This document shows positions 27,883-36,397 of a DNA stretch of 64,000 nt, piece after piece. The position numbers and the translations under genes were made by a program. How positions within the stretch are numbered: the first letter of the stretch is position 1; every line of letters starts with the position of its first letter. The notes below the pieces were generated by a model, which did not search any database, was not told where the DNA came from, and saw only the letters and a program-made list of their open reading frames with translations. Origin of the DNA: Nanobdellota archaeon (GTDB lineage: Archaea > Nanobdellota > Nanobdellia > Parvarchaeales > Parvarchaeaceae); the NCBI GenBank assembly GCA_021818905.1, contig JAKASS010000001.1, positions 15,648 to 79,647 of the forward strand. The letters are read 5' to 3'.

Positions 27883-28252
27883 TTTTATTTCCCTTGCTAG
27901 GTATAAACTCCAAAGATATAGAATTTACGCAATGTCTTACGTTTTTCTTTGCGAACCCTTCGCCCTTAAAAACATGGCCTAGATGTGCACCGCGCCTAGC
28001 ACACTGTATTTCGACCGCCATAGCCCTCAAATCTGGAACTCTTTTCACTGCGCCTTTTATTTCATCGTCAAAGGCTGGCTAGCCGCACTTCGCATCGAAC
28101 TTATCTTCCGACCTATAAAGTGGCACGCCGCACCTCTTGCAGACGTATATGCCTGTCCCGAAATCGTTGTCATATTTGCCGGTAAACGGTGCCTCGGTCC
28201 CTCCAAAGACTATTACCCCCTCTTCTTCCTGCGTCAACTTTCTCTGTTTCAT
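27866..28252 (-). pseudogene. msrB: methionine sulfoxide reductase B with in-frame TAG at the conserved CGWP tryptophan
   Basis: Hand translation: MKQRKLTQEEEGVIVFGGTEAPFTGKY...CKRCGVPLYRSEDKFDAKCG*PAFDDE...CARRGAHLGHVF...RHCVNSISLEF. The TAG is at 28079..28081. Confidence 0.75.
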
Positions 28253-28304
28253 ACGTTGATTATAAATAAGAACTTAAAGCGATTTAATTAAGACCTAATT
28301 TTCT

Positions 28305-28508
28305 TTAAACCGAACGCACATCGTAAAGAGAAGTTTTCTTGCAGTCTGGGCATCTTAACAGCCTCTTCCTGCCCAAAAACTGCACGTCCGGCAAAAGTTT
28401 CTCGCCGTCTTTTGTCGTTATGTGGCTGCCTAGCTTGTTCATCCACGGGATGAATTTATAGGAGAAACTAGAACCGCATTTCGGGCATTTCAGTTTAAGC
28501 TCCGGCAT
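28305..28508 (-). CDS. small zinc-ribbon protein
   Basis: 67 aa with CPKCG...CPDCK. Confidence 0.5.
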   Translation of the reverse strand: MPELKLKCPKCGSSFSYKFIPWMNKLGSHITTKDGEKLLPDVQFLGRKRLLRCPDCKKTSLYDVRSV

Positions 28509-28594
28509 TTACTGATTAATAAGCTGAAGTATAAATAACATTTAAAAAAGAAAGCGCCTTCAAAATAAAACGAAGGCTAAAAATAAAATTAATT

Positions 28595-29068
28595 TTATGT
28601 GCTTGCTGTTCCTGTTACTGTACCCGGTGTCACGAAAGTACCACTAGTTGTGGTATATGTGACCGTGACGCTTGCACTGTAGCGAGCGCCGGCTGTAGCG
28701 CAGTCACCGTGAGTACCCCAGTTTAACGTCACTGAACCACCGCTTATGGCTACTCCAGTAGTTGGAGCGAGCGACGTCTCATTACCGTTGCTGTGCAGTC
28801 CAGTTATACCTGTCGAAGTCGTTACGTTCGCAAAATCAACTGTAACCGGCGCTCCGGCATCGTTACCTAGCTGGACTACTAATCCACTTGGGCCACAAGA
28901 TTGCGACAATGTTACGAATGGAGCAAACCCGGTCGCTGTCGGACCTACGCTGCTCGATGGGCTAAAGATTCCCAGCGAAAACAGGACAGCAGCTACGATT
29001 ACTATGATTAATATGGCCCAACCATATGTCATCATGTATTCCAAAGCCGACTGTGCTTTTGCTTTCAT
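28595..29068 (-). CDS. archaeal type IV pilin-like protein (class III signal peptide)
   Basis: MKAKA|QSALEYMMTYGWAILIIVIVAAVLF: Q at +1 and E at +5 after the G/A, then a hydrophobic helix. T/S/G-rich beta-type C-domain. Confidence 0.8.
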   Translation of the reverse strand: MKAKAQSALEYMMTYGWAILIIVIVAAVLFSLGIFSPSSSVGPTATGFAPFVTLSQSCGPSGLVVQLGNDAGAPVTVDFANVTTSTGITGLHSNGNETSLAPTTGVAISGGSVTLNWGTHGDCATAGARYSASVTVTYTTTSGTFVTPGTVTGTAST

Positions 29069-29142
29069 AAAGATACTACTGACTTAATATATTTAAACAC
29101 TGTGCCTAAAAAGAAGCCACTACGTCTTAGTTACTAAAAACT

Positions 29143-29835
29143 CTAAGTCTTAGAAAACGGGAGCGAAACGTGTATTGCGCTATTCAGGTTTTCCTGCGCA
29201 TAGAACTGGTAGGTCCCGGTAGGCAATGCTTCTATTTTTGAGAGACTGCTATAGTTAAAGCCTTTCCCGGATTCGTTATCGCTAAGAAGAGTCGCGATGC
29301 CATTTGCATATACAAGGTATAAGCTGACTTTCCCAGAAAATCCGCCGCCATATATCGTCAAAGGATAAGCACTGTTGTTCAGGATAAGGGGTTCTGAGTA
29401 ATCCCCATACAGGTACGCAAGTTCCAGCGTGCTATTTTCGTTTTGGTACGCTGCAAGGTTGGAAAGCCCGAAAGTCTCGTTTGCCGTTGCCCTGGTATCT
29501 GCGCCGCAAGATACCACGTTCGTATTGGCGACCAAGGCGGACACGGGCTTCCCATCGGTACCGACTAACTCTATCACGACTATGCCATTTGATACGCTTA
29601 TGTTGTAGGACGCCTGCTTTGTGTTGTTAAGCAGAGGGATATACTGTATCGAGGAAAAGCCATTGGAAGAAGAGACCGTATTTATGCCTAATGCTATCTG
29701 GTTGCATACGCTGCTCATAGTTACCGCGCTGGAGTTCGTGTTTAAGAAACTTGAGAAGAAAATCACAAGGAAAGCGACTATTATTAATATAAAACTAACG
29801 TCTATAACTAATTCTATCGAGAATTGTCCACGCAT
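29143..29835 (-). CDS. type IV pilin-like protein (class III signal peptide)
   Basis: MRG|QFSIELVIDVSFILIIVAFLVIFF, Q+1/E+5. Confidence 0.7.
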   Translation of the reverse strand: MRGQFSIELVIDVSFILIIVAFLVIFFSSFLNTNSSAVTMSSVCNQIALGINTVSSSNGFSSIQYIPLLNNTKQASYNISVSNGIVVIELVGTDGKPVSALVANTNVVSCGADTRATANETFGLSNLAAYQNENSTLELAYLYGDYSEPLILNNSAYPLTIYGGGFSGKVSLYLVYANGIATLLSDNESGKGFNYSSLSKIEALPTGTYQFYAQENLNSAIHVSLPFSKT

Positions 29836-29902
29836 AGAATATTCTAAAATAACATAGTATTAATATGAAGTGTAATCCGTATATGTTATTGATAATCCGT
29901 TT

Positions 29903-30691
29903 ATGGCGCCCAGCACTACAGAACCAAATCTTGAGGAGATATTATCCACCAACCTAGTCCAGGCTAACGGCGGCGCAGCTCTAAAACACAAGTTAATGCA
30001 GCTGTCGGTTTTCGCTTACCTTGAAAAGACCAAAGACGTTGAATGCGTGGAGATGGAGCTCCCCTTAAAATACGTCGGCCCGCAGACGCTATACAAGCTG
30101 ACCAGCAAGAAGAAACTAAACAAGAAAGCCAGGAAGAAACTGGAAAGACGACGCACCAGCAGCCAAGGGATTTCAAACTGGCCGGTGGACGTAGCGGTAG
30201 TCTACAGAGAAGGAAATAGAAAGATCTGCGAGCTGATAGAAGTCGAGACCATAAACATGGTAGAATTCTGGGAATGCCTGGAAAGCATTACTATGAAGAC
30301 CCAGAAAGTAGAAGAAATAAGCCGAAACAAGCAGCTAAACTGGATATTGCAGGGCGTCGATGAGATAAGATTCTCCCTTGCAATGAATGCAAGTGGACTT
30401 GATGACGCAACGACCCAATACCTTACGGGTGAATTCAAAAAGAGATTTGGAGGGATGCCAAACAACAGCGAAGTAAGGGCCCACAGTATATACCTCTTAA
30501 AAGAAAACATCTACGGATATTGCCCGAAGGACCTGAACTCGCTGATGCTTGACAACCTTACTCCTGGCTACAGCATGAGGGACGATTATAAAGTGCCACT
30601 GAAATCCATAGTGACCGACACGTACAAGAGGATAAGAAGCCTTAGCCTGCCAGAACTGGAAAAACTCTACAAAGTAAACCCGCTTGCTTAG
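29903..30691 (+). CDS. hypothetical protein
   Basis: 262 aa with a basic patch KKKLNKKARKKLERRR. The D..E..E pattern (VDVAVVY...ELIEVET) only weakly suggests a PD-(D/E)xK fold. Confidence 0.45.
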   Translation: MAPSTTEPNLEEILSTNLVQANGGAALKHKLMQLSVFAYLEKTKDVECVEMELPLKYVGPQTLYKLTSKKKLNKKARKKLERRRTSSQGISNWPVDVAVVYREGNRKICELIEVETINMVEFWECLESITMKTQKVEEISRNKQLNWILQGVDEIRFSLAMNASGLDDATTQYLTGEFKKRFGGMPNNSEVRAHSIYLLKENIYGYCPKDLNSLMLDNLTPGYSMRDDYKVPLKSIVTDTYKRIRSLSLPELEKLYKVNPLA

Positions 30692-30761
30692 ATTTTTGTC
30701 GGTTTATGGCGCGTTCTTAAAACTTTTTAATACTATAAAAACATCGGATTTATAGACATTT

Positions 30762-31712
30762 ATGCAACCAGTAAGAAAAACCCTCAACGGGGCCATAGAC
30801 AAAATAGTCGACTATTATCTAAAAAACTATAAGAAAATGGTCTTTATACCGATAGCCTTCATAATAGTTTTTGCCGCTTCTATAGGTTATTACTACCACA
30901 TGCATGGCGAGTTGGTAAATGAAGACATAACCCTCGCGGGGGGAATATCTCTTTCGATAAACACCAATATAAGCATATCGCCCAGTTTTCTTGCCAGTAA
31001 CCTTTCGACGGCTTTAAACACGCCGGTGTCCATCTCCGTCCTGCATTCACAATTTTCAAATGCGATAACCGGGTATACGCTAACCGCTGGAAGTAGCGTG
31101 AATGCTACCAGGCTAACAAACGCTGCCGCTACGGTATTTGGCATAAAATTGACCGCCGCAAATTCGAACGTAGACTATGTAAGCGCACAGATAGCACAGG
31201 GTTCACTATATGATTCGATAATACTTTTGGGAGTAGCCTTCGTACTTGTCGCTGTAGTATCACTTTTCTATTTCAGGAACCCCTCTCAGGCGTTCTCAAA
31301 TGTACTTAGCATAGTCTGCGACATAATAAACGTCGTGGGCGTGCTTGATCTTCTTGGTATAAGTTTCTCGACTGCGTCTATAGCCGGCATACTCATGATA
31401 ATGGGCTACTCCGCCGACAGGAATATAATACTGGCGACGAATATCCTGAAAAGAAGTGAAGCGAGCATGAAGTACAGGCTTGTTCACACTATAAAGACTT
31501 CGCTTACTATGGATGCTGCGGCGTTCATAACTTTTATGGTGCTTTTCTTTGGCACCACTAATGCAACTATACAGCAGATCGCGATAATACTTATCTTCGG
31601 GGTAATATTTGACGACTTTACTGTATGGATACTTAATGGTTCGATACAGCTTTCTGGTATCGGCTACAAAGAAGAGGAAGTTCCAAAACCTGAACAGACA
31701 AGGGCTGTATGA
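30762..31712 (+). CDS. secF: protein-export membrane protein SecF
   Basis: N-terminal TM, periplasmic-type loop, C-terminal 5-TM block with GYSADRNI. 4-nt overlap with secD. Confidence 0.75.
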   Translation: MQPVRKTLNGAIDKIVDYYLKNYKKMVFIPIAFIIVFAASIGYYYHMHGELVNEDITLAGGISLSINTNISISPSFLASNLSTALNTPVSISVLHSQFSNAITGYTLTAGSSVNATRLTNAAATVFGIKLTAANSNVDYVSAQIAQGSLYDSIILLGVAFVLVAVVSLFYFRNPSQAFSNVLSIVCDIINVVGVLDLLGISFSTASIAGILMIMGYSADRNIILATNILKRSEASMKYRLVHTIKTSLTMDAAAFITFMVLFFGTTNATIQQIAIILIFGVIFDDFTVWILNGSIQLSGIGYKEEEVPKPEQTRAV

Positions 31713-33295
31713 ACAAGGCTAAATCATTGTTGATGGACTGGAGAGTTATAATAATGCTTATCGCGATAGTGATAGCCGTTCTTGCGATACAGCCGAACAT
31801 ACTAAACGTAAGCGGCGCGCAGGTGATTTATTTATCTTCAAGCTCGTATCTAGGTAATTTAAGCGCTGTCGGCTCGACCACTTTTAGTTCCGGTTCGATA
31901 GTAACAGCGATAAACGGGATCCGCATCGGCAATGCACAGCAGTTTTACTCCGCATTAAATCTTGCAGCAAAAGTAAATTCTACTGTGACTATAGACTATG
32001 AAAATGAGGTGTTTCCTTATGTTTACACGAGCTCAAGCGTCATCGTGCCCGTAACTACGACCGCCCCGCTAAATTCTAGTCTAATAGAAGCAGAGGATGT
32101 GCCATCGACTAACCTTGTCTATGGTCTTGATATAATAGGTGGTACGGAAATAACAGTCGTGCCAAACATCACGCAATCAAGTACAAATACTACGTTGATA
32201 GATAACTTGCAGACAGTCCTGCAAACAAGACTTAATACTTTCGGATTGAGCGGCATTTCTGTGGGGGTCATCCAGACGCTTTCGCAAGGTTCTTACATAC
32301 TAGTTAGCATGCCAAATGTCGGGGAAAGCCAGGCTCTATCACTGATACAAAGCCAGGGGATATTCTATGCTACTGTCGGTAACTTTACGGTATTCAATAG
32401 TACGAATAAAAGTGAGGGTATACTCACGGTGTGCCTTACCTCAAGCTGCCCTTATGGTGGAGAAACTTTGCCTACCTTAAGCAGCGGTTCCTACCAGTTT
32501 AACTTCGGCATCCAACTTACCAAGCAGTCCGCAACAAATTTCGCAGAATCTACGAAGAACCTTTCTGTCAGCGGAACGTATCTTAGCAAACCAATAGTTC
32601 TTTACTTAAATGGAAGACAGATTTCTTCCCTGTCTATATCTTCCAATCTTAAAGGCCAGGCGGAACAGACTATAACGATAAGCGGTTCAGCTTCGACTTA
32701 CCAACAGGCGCTTACTCAGATGAAAACCTTACAATCCGTATTTGAAAGCGGGAGTTTACCTACTCCTATAAAAATAATATCTATCCAATCTGTATCATCG
32801 ACTACAGGCAGTCAGTTCATAAACGAGATATATATATTGCTCTTCGCGGCTTTTGTGGCTGTGGCCGTAGTCGTCTTCTTGCGGTATAAAGATTATAGGA
32901 TTGCTTCTTTGATACTGGGCACCAGCGTAGCCGAAATAGTAATTGTAATCGGGCTAGCTGCACTAATACACTGGACCCTAGACATACCAAGCATAGCCGG
33001 GATTATAGCCAGCATCGGCATATCCGTAGACGACCAGATAATAATAACGGACGAAATAATAAGGGGCGCATCACAAGCAGAGTTCACTGCGGTGAAGAAA
33101 AGAGTTAAGAGGGCGTTCTTCATAATATTTGTATCGTTCTTCTCGTTTGCCGCGATAATGTTCCCGTTGCTTTTCTCTACTGCGAGCCTTTTCACGGGAT
33201 TCGCTTTGACGACTATACTTGCTTCGCTTATAGGCCTTTTGATAACGAGACCGTCCTATGCACAAATGATCGGTAAAATAAAAGGCACGGCATAG
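31709..33295 (+). CDS. secD: protein-export membrane protein SecD
   Basis: 528 aa. N-terminal TM, large extracytoplasmic domain, C-terminal TM bundle with GISVDDQIIITDE. Confidence 0.75.
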   Translation: MNKAKSLLMDWRVIIMLIAIVIAVLAIQPNILNVSGAQVIYLSSSSYLGNLSAVGSTTFSSGSIVTAINGIRIGNAQQFYSALNLAAKVNSTVTIDYENEVFPYVYTSSSVIVPVTTTAPLNSSLIEAEDVPSTNLVYGLDIIGGTEITVVPNITQSSTNTTLIDNLQTVLQTRLNTFGLSGISVGVIQTLSQGSYILVSMPNVGESQALSLIQSQGIFYATVGNFTVFNSTNKSEGILTVCLTSSCPYGGETLPTLSSGSYQFNFGIQLTKQSATNFAESTKNLSVSGTYLSKPIVLYLNGRQISSLSISSNLKGQAEQTITISGSASTYQQALTQMKTLQSVFESGSLPTPIKIISIQSVSSTTGSQFINEIYILLFAAFVAVAVVVFLRYKDYRIASLILGTSVAEIVIVIGLAALIHWTLDIPSIAGIIASIGISVDDQIIITDEIIRGASQAEFTAVKKRVKRAFFIIFVSFFSFAAIMFPLLFSTASLFTGFALTTILASLIGLLITRPSYAQMIGKIKGTA

Positions 33296-33296
33296 T

Positions 33297-34091
33297 ATGA
33301 TTAATGAGTTTAGATTAGATCCAGAGTCCCTTTCGTTTACGCTTATAACGAACAAAGTCGAAGGGTGCAAAGCCTGCAAGGAAAAAGGAAAAGATATAGT
33401 GTCTATGCCTTTTAGGCGCGACCGTGTCAGAGTATATGAGATAAAAGACGACGTACAACCATCAAAGTACGAGTTAAGTGGCGAATTTTTCAAAAGCTCG
33501 CCTGCGGATGGATACGAGGAAGTTATAGCAGACAGCGAGCTGCACGAGAACAAATTCAAAACTTACACAGTAGAAGAAATAGAAGAATTCCTGATTTTAA
33601 TAAAAGACAGGCTAGATTCACTTGCTAGATATGATCTTGGAAAAAACGTTATAATAACCCGAGCACCTGAAGAGCACGGATATTTCGATCTGTTGATGCT
33701 CCCCGTCCCTAGAAAAGAGACAAAAGAATGCTTCGAGTGCGGATCCATAAAGAATGCTGACAATAGGGAGATCTACAATACCGAAAACTTTCTTGCTTAT
33801 GTGCCTTTTGCGCCGAGATTTGACTTTGAGATAGCCATAGCTCCAAAAAGACACATCGGTTTTAACCAGTGCGACCCTATGCTTTTATTTGACCTTGCCG
33901 GGATAATCAAAAAATTCTCTGGGCTAAGCGAAAAAGAAATAACTTGGGCTATACTGCAAAGCGGGCATGGACACTTTAAATTGAAACTTTTCGTGGGCAA
34001 AATAGATCCATATGAGATACTAGACGTAAAAAGAACGATTATTAATCCTGACCTCCTTGCTAAGGAAATACGCGATACAAAGAAGTTATGA
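33297..34091 (+). CDS. divergent GalT/HIT-like protein
   Basis: CKACKEKG Zn-like site, FLAYVPFAPRFDFEIAIAPKRH, GHGHFKLKL instead of HxHxQ. Starts 1 nt after the secD stop. Confidence 0.5.
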   Translation: MINEFRLDPESLSFTLITNKVEGCKACKEKGKDIVSMPFRRDRVRVYEIKDDVQPSKYELSGEFFKSSPADGYEEVIADSELHENKFKTYTVEEIEEFLILIKDRLDSLARYDLGKNVIITRAPEEHGYFDLLMLPVPRKETKECFECGSIKNADNREIYNTENFLAYVPFAPRFDFEIAIAPKRHIGFNQCDPMLLFDLAGIIKKFSGLSEKEITWAILQSGHGHFKLKLFVGKIDPYEILDVKRTIINPDLLAKEIRDTKKL

Positions 34092-35026
34092 AAAGCAACA
34101 CAACGATATTACTGGCGGCCGTTCTAGTATTTGCCGCCGCCTTTACGATTATACTTTATCTTTACCCTTCCATAAATACCGCTTTGGCACGAAATACAAA
34201 TCAGCCTACAACTCCGACAATCTCTGCTAACCAAACTGCACTGCTAGAGTTCCTTGGTAAGTATGGTTTCGACAGCAACACTTCGCTTTCCGCTTATTAC
34301 CAGGCGCCTGCGAATAACGAAATGATCATAAATTGCAATTATGGAGTTGAGCCTTTTTACTATAACGTACCCCCGCTCGTCGCTCTGGAAAACTTTACTG
34401 CGTATGAATTATATACGAATGTGAGCACAGAAGTTGGTGAATACACTCTTTGTGCTGTAGATCCTAACTTGCCGTACTGTTCTTCTATAGAGAGTTCCCT
34501 TTATAATTTTACAATGAGGTTTATGAATTATAGCGTTGCATATGGCATTTACAATTCGACTGCTTCTACTTTATATAAAGCATATAATTCAGTAGAATCC
34601 ATACCGGAAGAGTATGCTAATTCTAGTTTCTTCGCCCCATTGTACTATGACATATCTGTTTTGAAATCTACGGATGAAAGCAGCAAATCATCGATGATAA
34701 GTTCGCTGATAAAACTCGAGCAAATACCAGAAATAGTCTTAAATCTGCCCAACGGCACGGTCGAAACTGACCCACTTTATCTGCCAGTCCCGTTCCAATA
34801 CGAGATCTTTTATTACCCGTATAAAGTACCGTGCAATAGTTCTTTGACCATCTTCAATTTGGTATCCGATGTGAGCAACTTTGCCACGCAAACTTATTCC
34901 AATATATACTCTAGCATCGGTGCGGACGTCACAAATATCTGTATAAATGACAGCAGCAACTCGTGTACGCAGAGCGATATAAAGACCCTTAATGTATCAT
35001 TTTATGTACAACGTCAAGTCTCTTAA
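34088..35026 (+). CDS. signal-anchored, N-glycosylation-sequon-rich extracellular protein
   Basis: One N-terminal TM and at least 10 N-x-S/T sequons. ATGA overlap with the upstream gene. Confidence 0.55.
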   Translation: MKSNTTILLAAVLVFAAAFTIILYLYPSINTALARNTNQPTTPTISANQTALLEFLGKYGFDSNTSLSAYYQAPANNEMIINCNYGVEPFYYNVPPLVALENFTAYELYTNVSTEVGEYTLCAVDPNLPYCSSIESSLYNFTMRFMNYSVAYGIYNSTASTLYKAYNSVESIPEEYANSSFFAPLYYDISVLKSTDESSKSSMISSLIKLEQIPEIVLNLPNGTVETDPLYLPVPFQYEIFYYPYKVPCNSSLTIFNLVSDVSNFATQTYSNIYSSIGADVTNICINDSSNSCTQSDIKTLNVSFYVQRQVS

Positions 35027-35570
35027 AAAATACAAATATGTGTATATTGCGGTACTCGTAGGATTCGCTATCCTTAGTCTTGTACTTTTGCAAGAAATCA
35101 ATTCTTTAAATGCTTTTCAGTCGTGGAAGCCGACTTCTCCTCTGGTTTCTGGTGTAAGCCCATCGAATTCAACACTTTGCACTGCAAATAAATCAACTAT
35201 GATATTGTTCTATGGAAATAACGGACAAAGCAGCGTAAATGAACTAAATGCTTTCGTGAATGTGACCTCCAGGTTCGCTATCACTGGATCTGCAGTCAAT
35301 GGGACCTTCTATAGTCCATACTTCTGCGCTTACACTTTTAATCTGACGGCGTACAAAATTAATTCGAGCGACATTAGCGCACCAATCACTTCTATAGACG
35401 TATTTACCTCTTTAGATCCATCGGGAAATTATCCATTCGTTTTTATCGGCGGCTTATATGCAGAATACTATAAAATCGGAGGTTTTCCCGGTGGACAGCC
35501 TGAAGCTGAACAGCAATTGTTGCAGTACATCTGCATGTCGATAAACGACGTGGCCCCCGCCTGTCAGTGA
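34992..35570 (+). CDS. signal-anchored extracellular protein, function unknown
   Basis: N-terminal TM (YVYIAVLVGFAILSLVLL), several sequons. Any resemblance to a thioredoxin fold is weak and there is no CxxC. Confidence 0.45.
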   Translation: MYHFMYNVKSLKKYKYVYIAVLVGFAILSLVLLQEINSLNAFQSWKPTSPLVSGVSPSNSTLCTANKSTMILFYGNNGQSSVNELNAFVNVTSRFAITGSAVNGTFYSPYFCAYTFNLTAYKINSSDISAPITSIDVFTSLDPSGNYPFVFIGGLYAEYYKIGGFPGGQPEAEQQLLQYICMSINDVAPACQ

Positions 35571-35821
35571 ATATGGCAAAAAAGATAAACGATGAACTTC
35601 TTTCGGACATAATCAATACTTTGACCGACAGGAAAATGACGGGTTACCAAGTCTTTGGCGCACTTAAAGACACGCACCCGGGCATTTCAAAGCGCCTTAT
35701 ATACCACTATCTTTACCTGGCCTTAAAGAAAGGCGAGATTTCGGTGGACAAAGTGACTGAAGAAGGAAAATTCAGCTGGGGTAAATTTACCGAGAAGAAA
35801 TATTACACGAGAATGAAATAA
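35567..35821 (+). CDS. small winged-helix (PadR-like) protein
   Basis: 84 aa. MTGYQVFGALKDTHPGISKRLIYHYLYLALKKGEI. Confidence 0.5.
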   Translation: MNMAKKINDELLSDIINTLTDRKMTGYQVFGALKDTHPGISKRLIYHYLYLALKKGEISVDKVTEEGKFSWGKFTEKKYYTRMK

Positions 35822-35826
35822 ACCGA

Positions 35827-36351
35827 TTATATTATTCCTATCTTCTCTCCCATCTTTACGATTGAAAGCATGCCGCCGGGCCGTCTTTTCTCGATGTCTT
35901 TTATAAATTCCATAAGATATTCCTGTTTCTTCGTGATTTTCTTGGGCTTTGTTTTTTCACCCTTGGACGTAAGAAAAGCCGCAATTTCTTCATCAGATGC
36001 CGTGTAAAGCGGATTAAAAAACGTCTTTGACCCTATTTTTTGCTTTGGCTTATTACCGCTCAAAAAGTAATCCAATACCGATAAAGCAAAATCCTCAAGA
36101 GTAAAATTCATCAGCAGAAGGCTACTCTTATTGTCTTCTCTGAACACGAACTTCTCGATTTTGTAAGCGTCTGAATTGTCCGGAGATAGCCTGAATTTTC
36201 TTTGCTTGTAGTCCTTAGATATCAAAGCGCTCCTTATCCTCTTTGTCAGCATTCTTTCGAGGTGCTTTTTGCAGAGCGACTGCTTGAGGTATTCCGAATA
36301 AAATGAGGATTCTCTTCCACAGATGTGGCATTTTTTGATTTCTGGCTGCAT
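35827..36351 (-). CDS. TtuA/Ncs6-like protein lacking a functional PP-loop
   Basis: N-terminal CHICG...CKKH finger and a C-terminal NPLYTASDEEIAAF / EKRRPGGMLS resemblance to the family. SPDNSD sits where SGGKDS is expected. Only 174 aa. Confidence 0.4.
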   Translation of the reverse strand: MQPEIKKCHICGRESSFYSEYLKQSLCKKHLERMLTKRIRSALISKDYKQRKFRLSPDNSDAYKIEKFVFREDNKSSLLLMNFTLEDFALSVLDYFLSGNKPKQKIGSKTFFNPLYTASDEEIAAFLTSKGEKTKPKKITKKQEYLMEFIKDIEKRRPGGMLSIVKMGEKIGII

Positions 36352-36397
36352 TTAGTTTTCTACACCAGATATATATTTAAGCAAGATTTTAATTGCT

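Noticed and set aside
28079-28081. Stop-codon reassignment: TAG (MsrB) and TGA (IS630 stump, 56705..56707) read as Trp or another amino acid
   Set aside because: Both codons terminate many apparently full-length genes in this window. Examples are TAG at 5251, 10520, 30689 and 33293, and TGA at 2308 and 13289. Both cases are single G-to-A changes of TGG in genes with other signs of decay.
33071-33559. 162-aa minus-strand ORF spanning the secD / HIT-like junction
   Set aside because: It overlaps two well-supported + strand genes and has no motif.
34992-35570. Thioredoxin/DsbA-like fold for the 192-aa anchored protein (TMILFYGNNGQSS ... PFVFIGG)
   Set aside because: It is only a vague pattern resemblance with no CxxC. 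It was not reported as a call.
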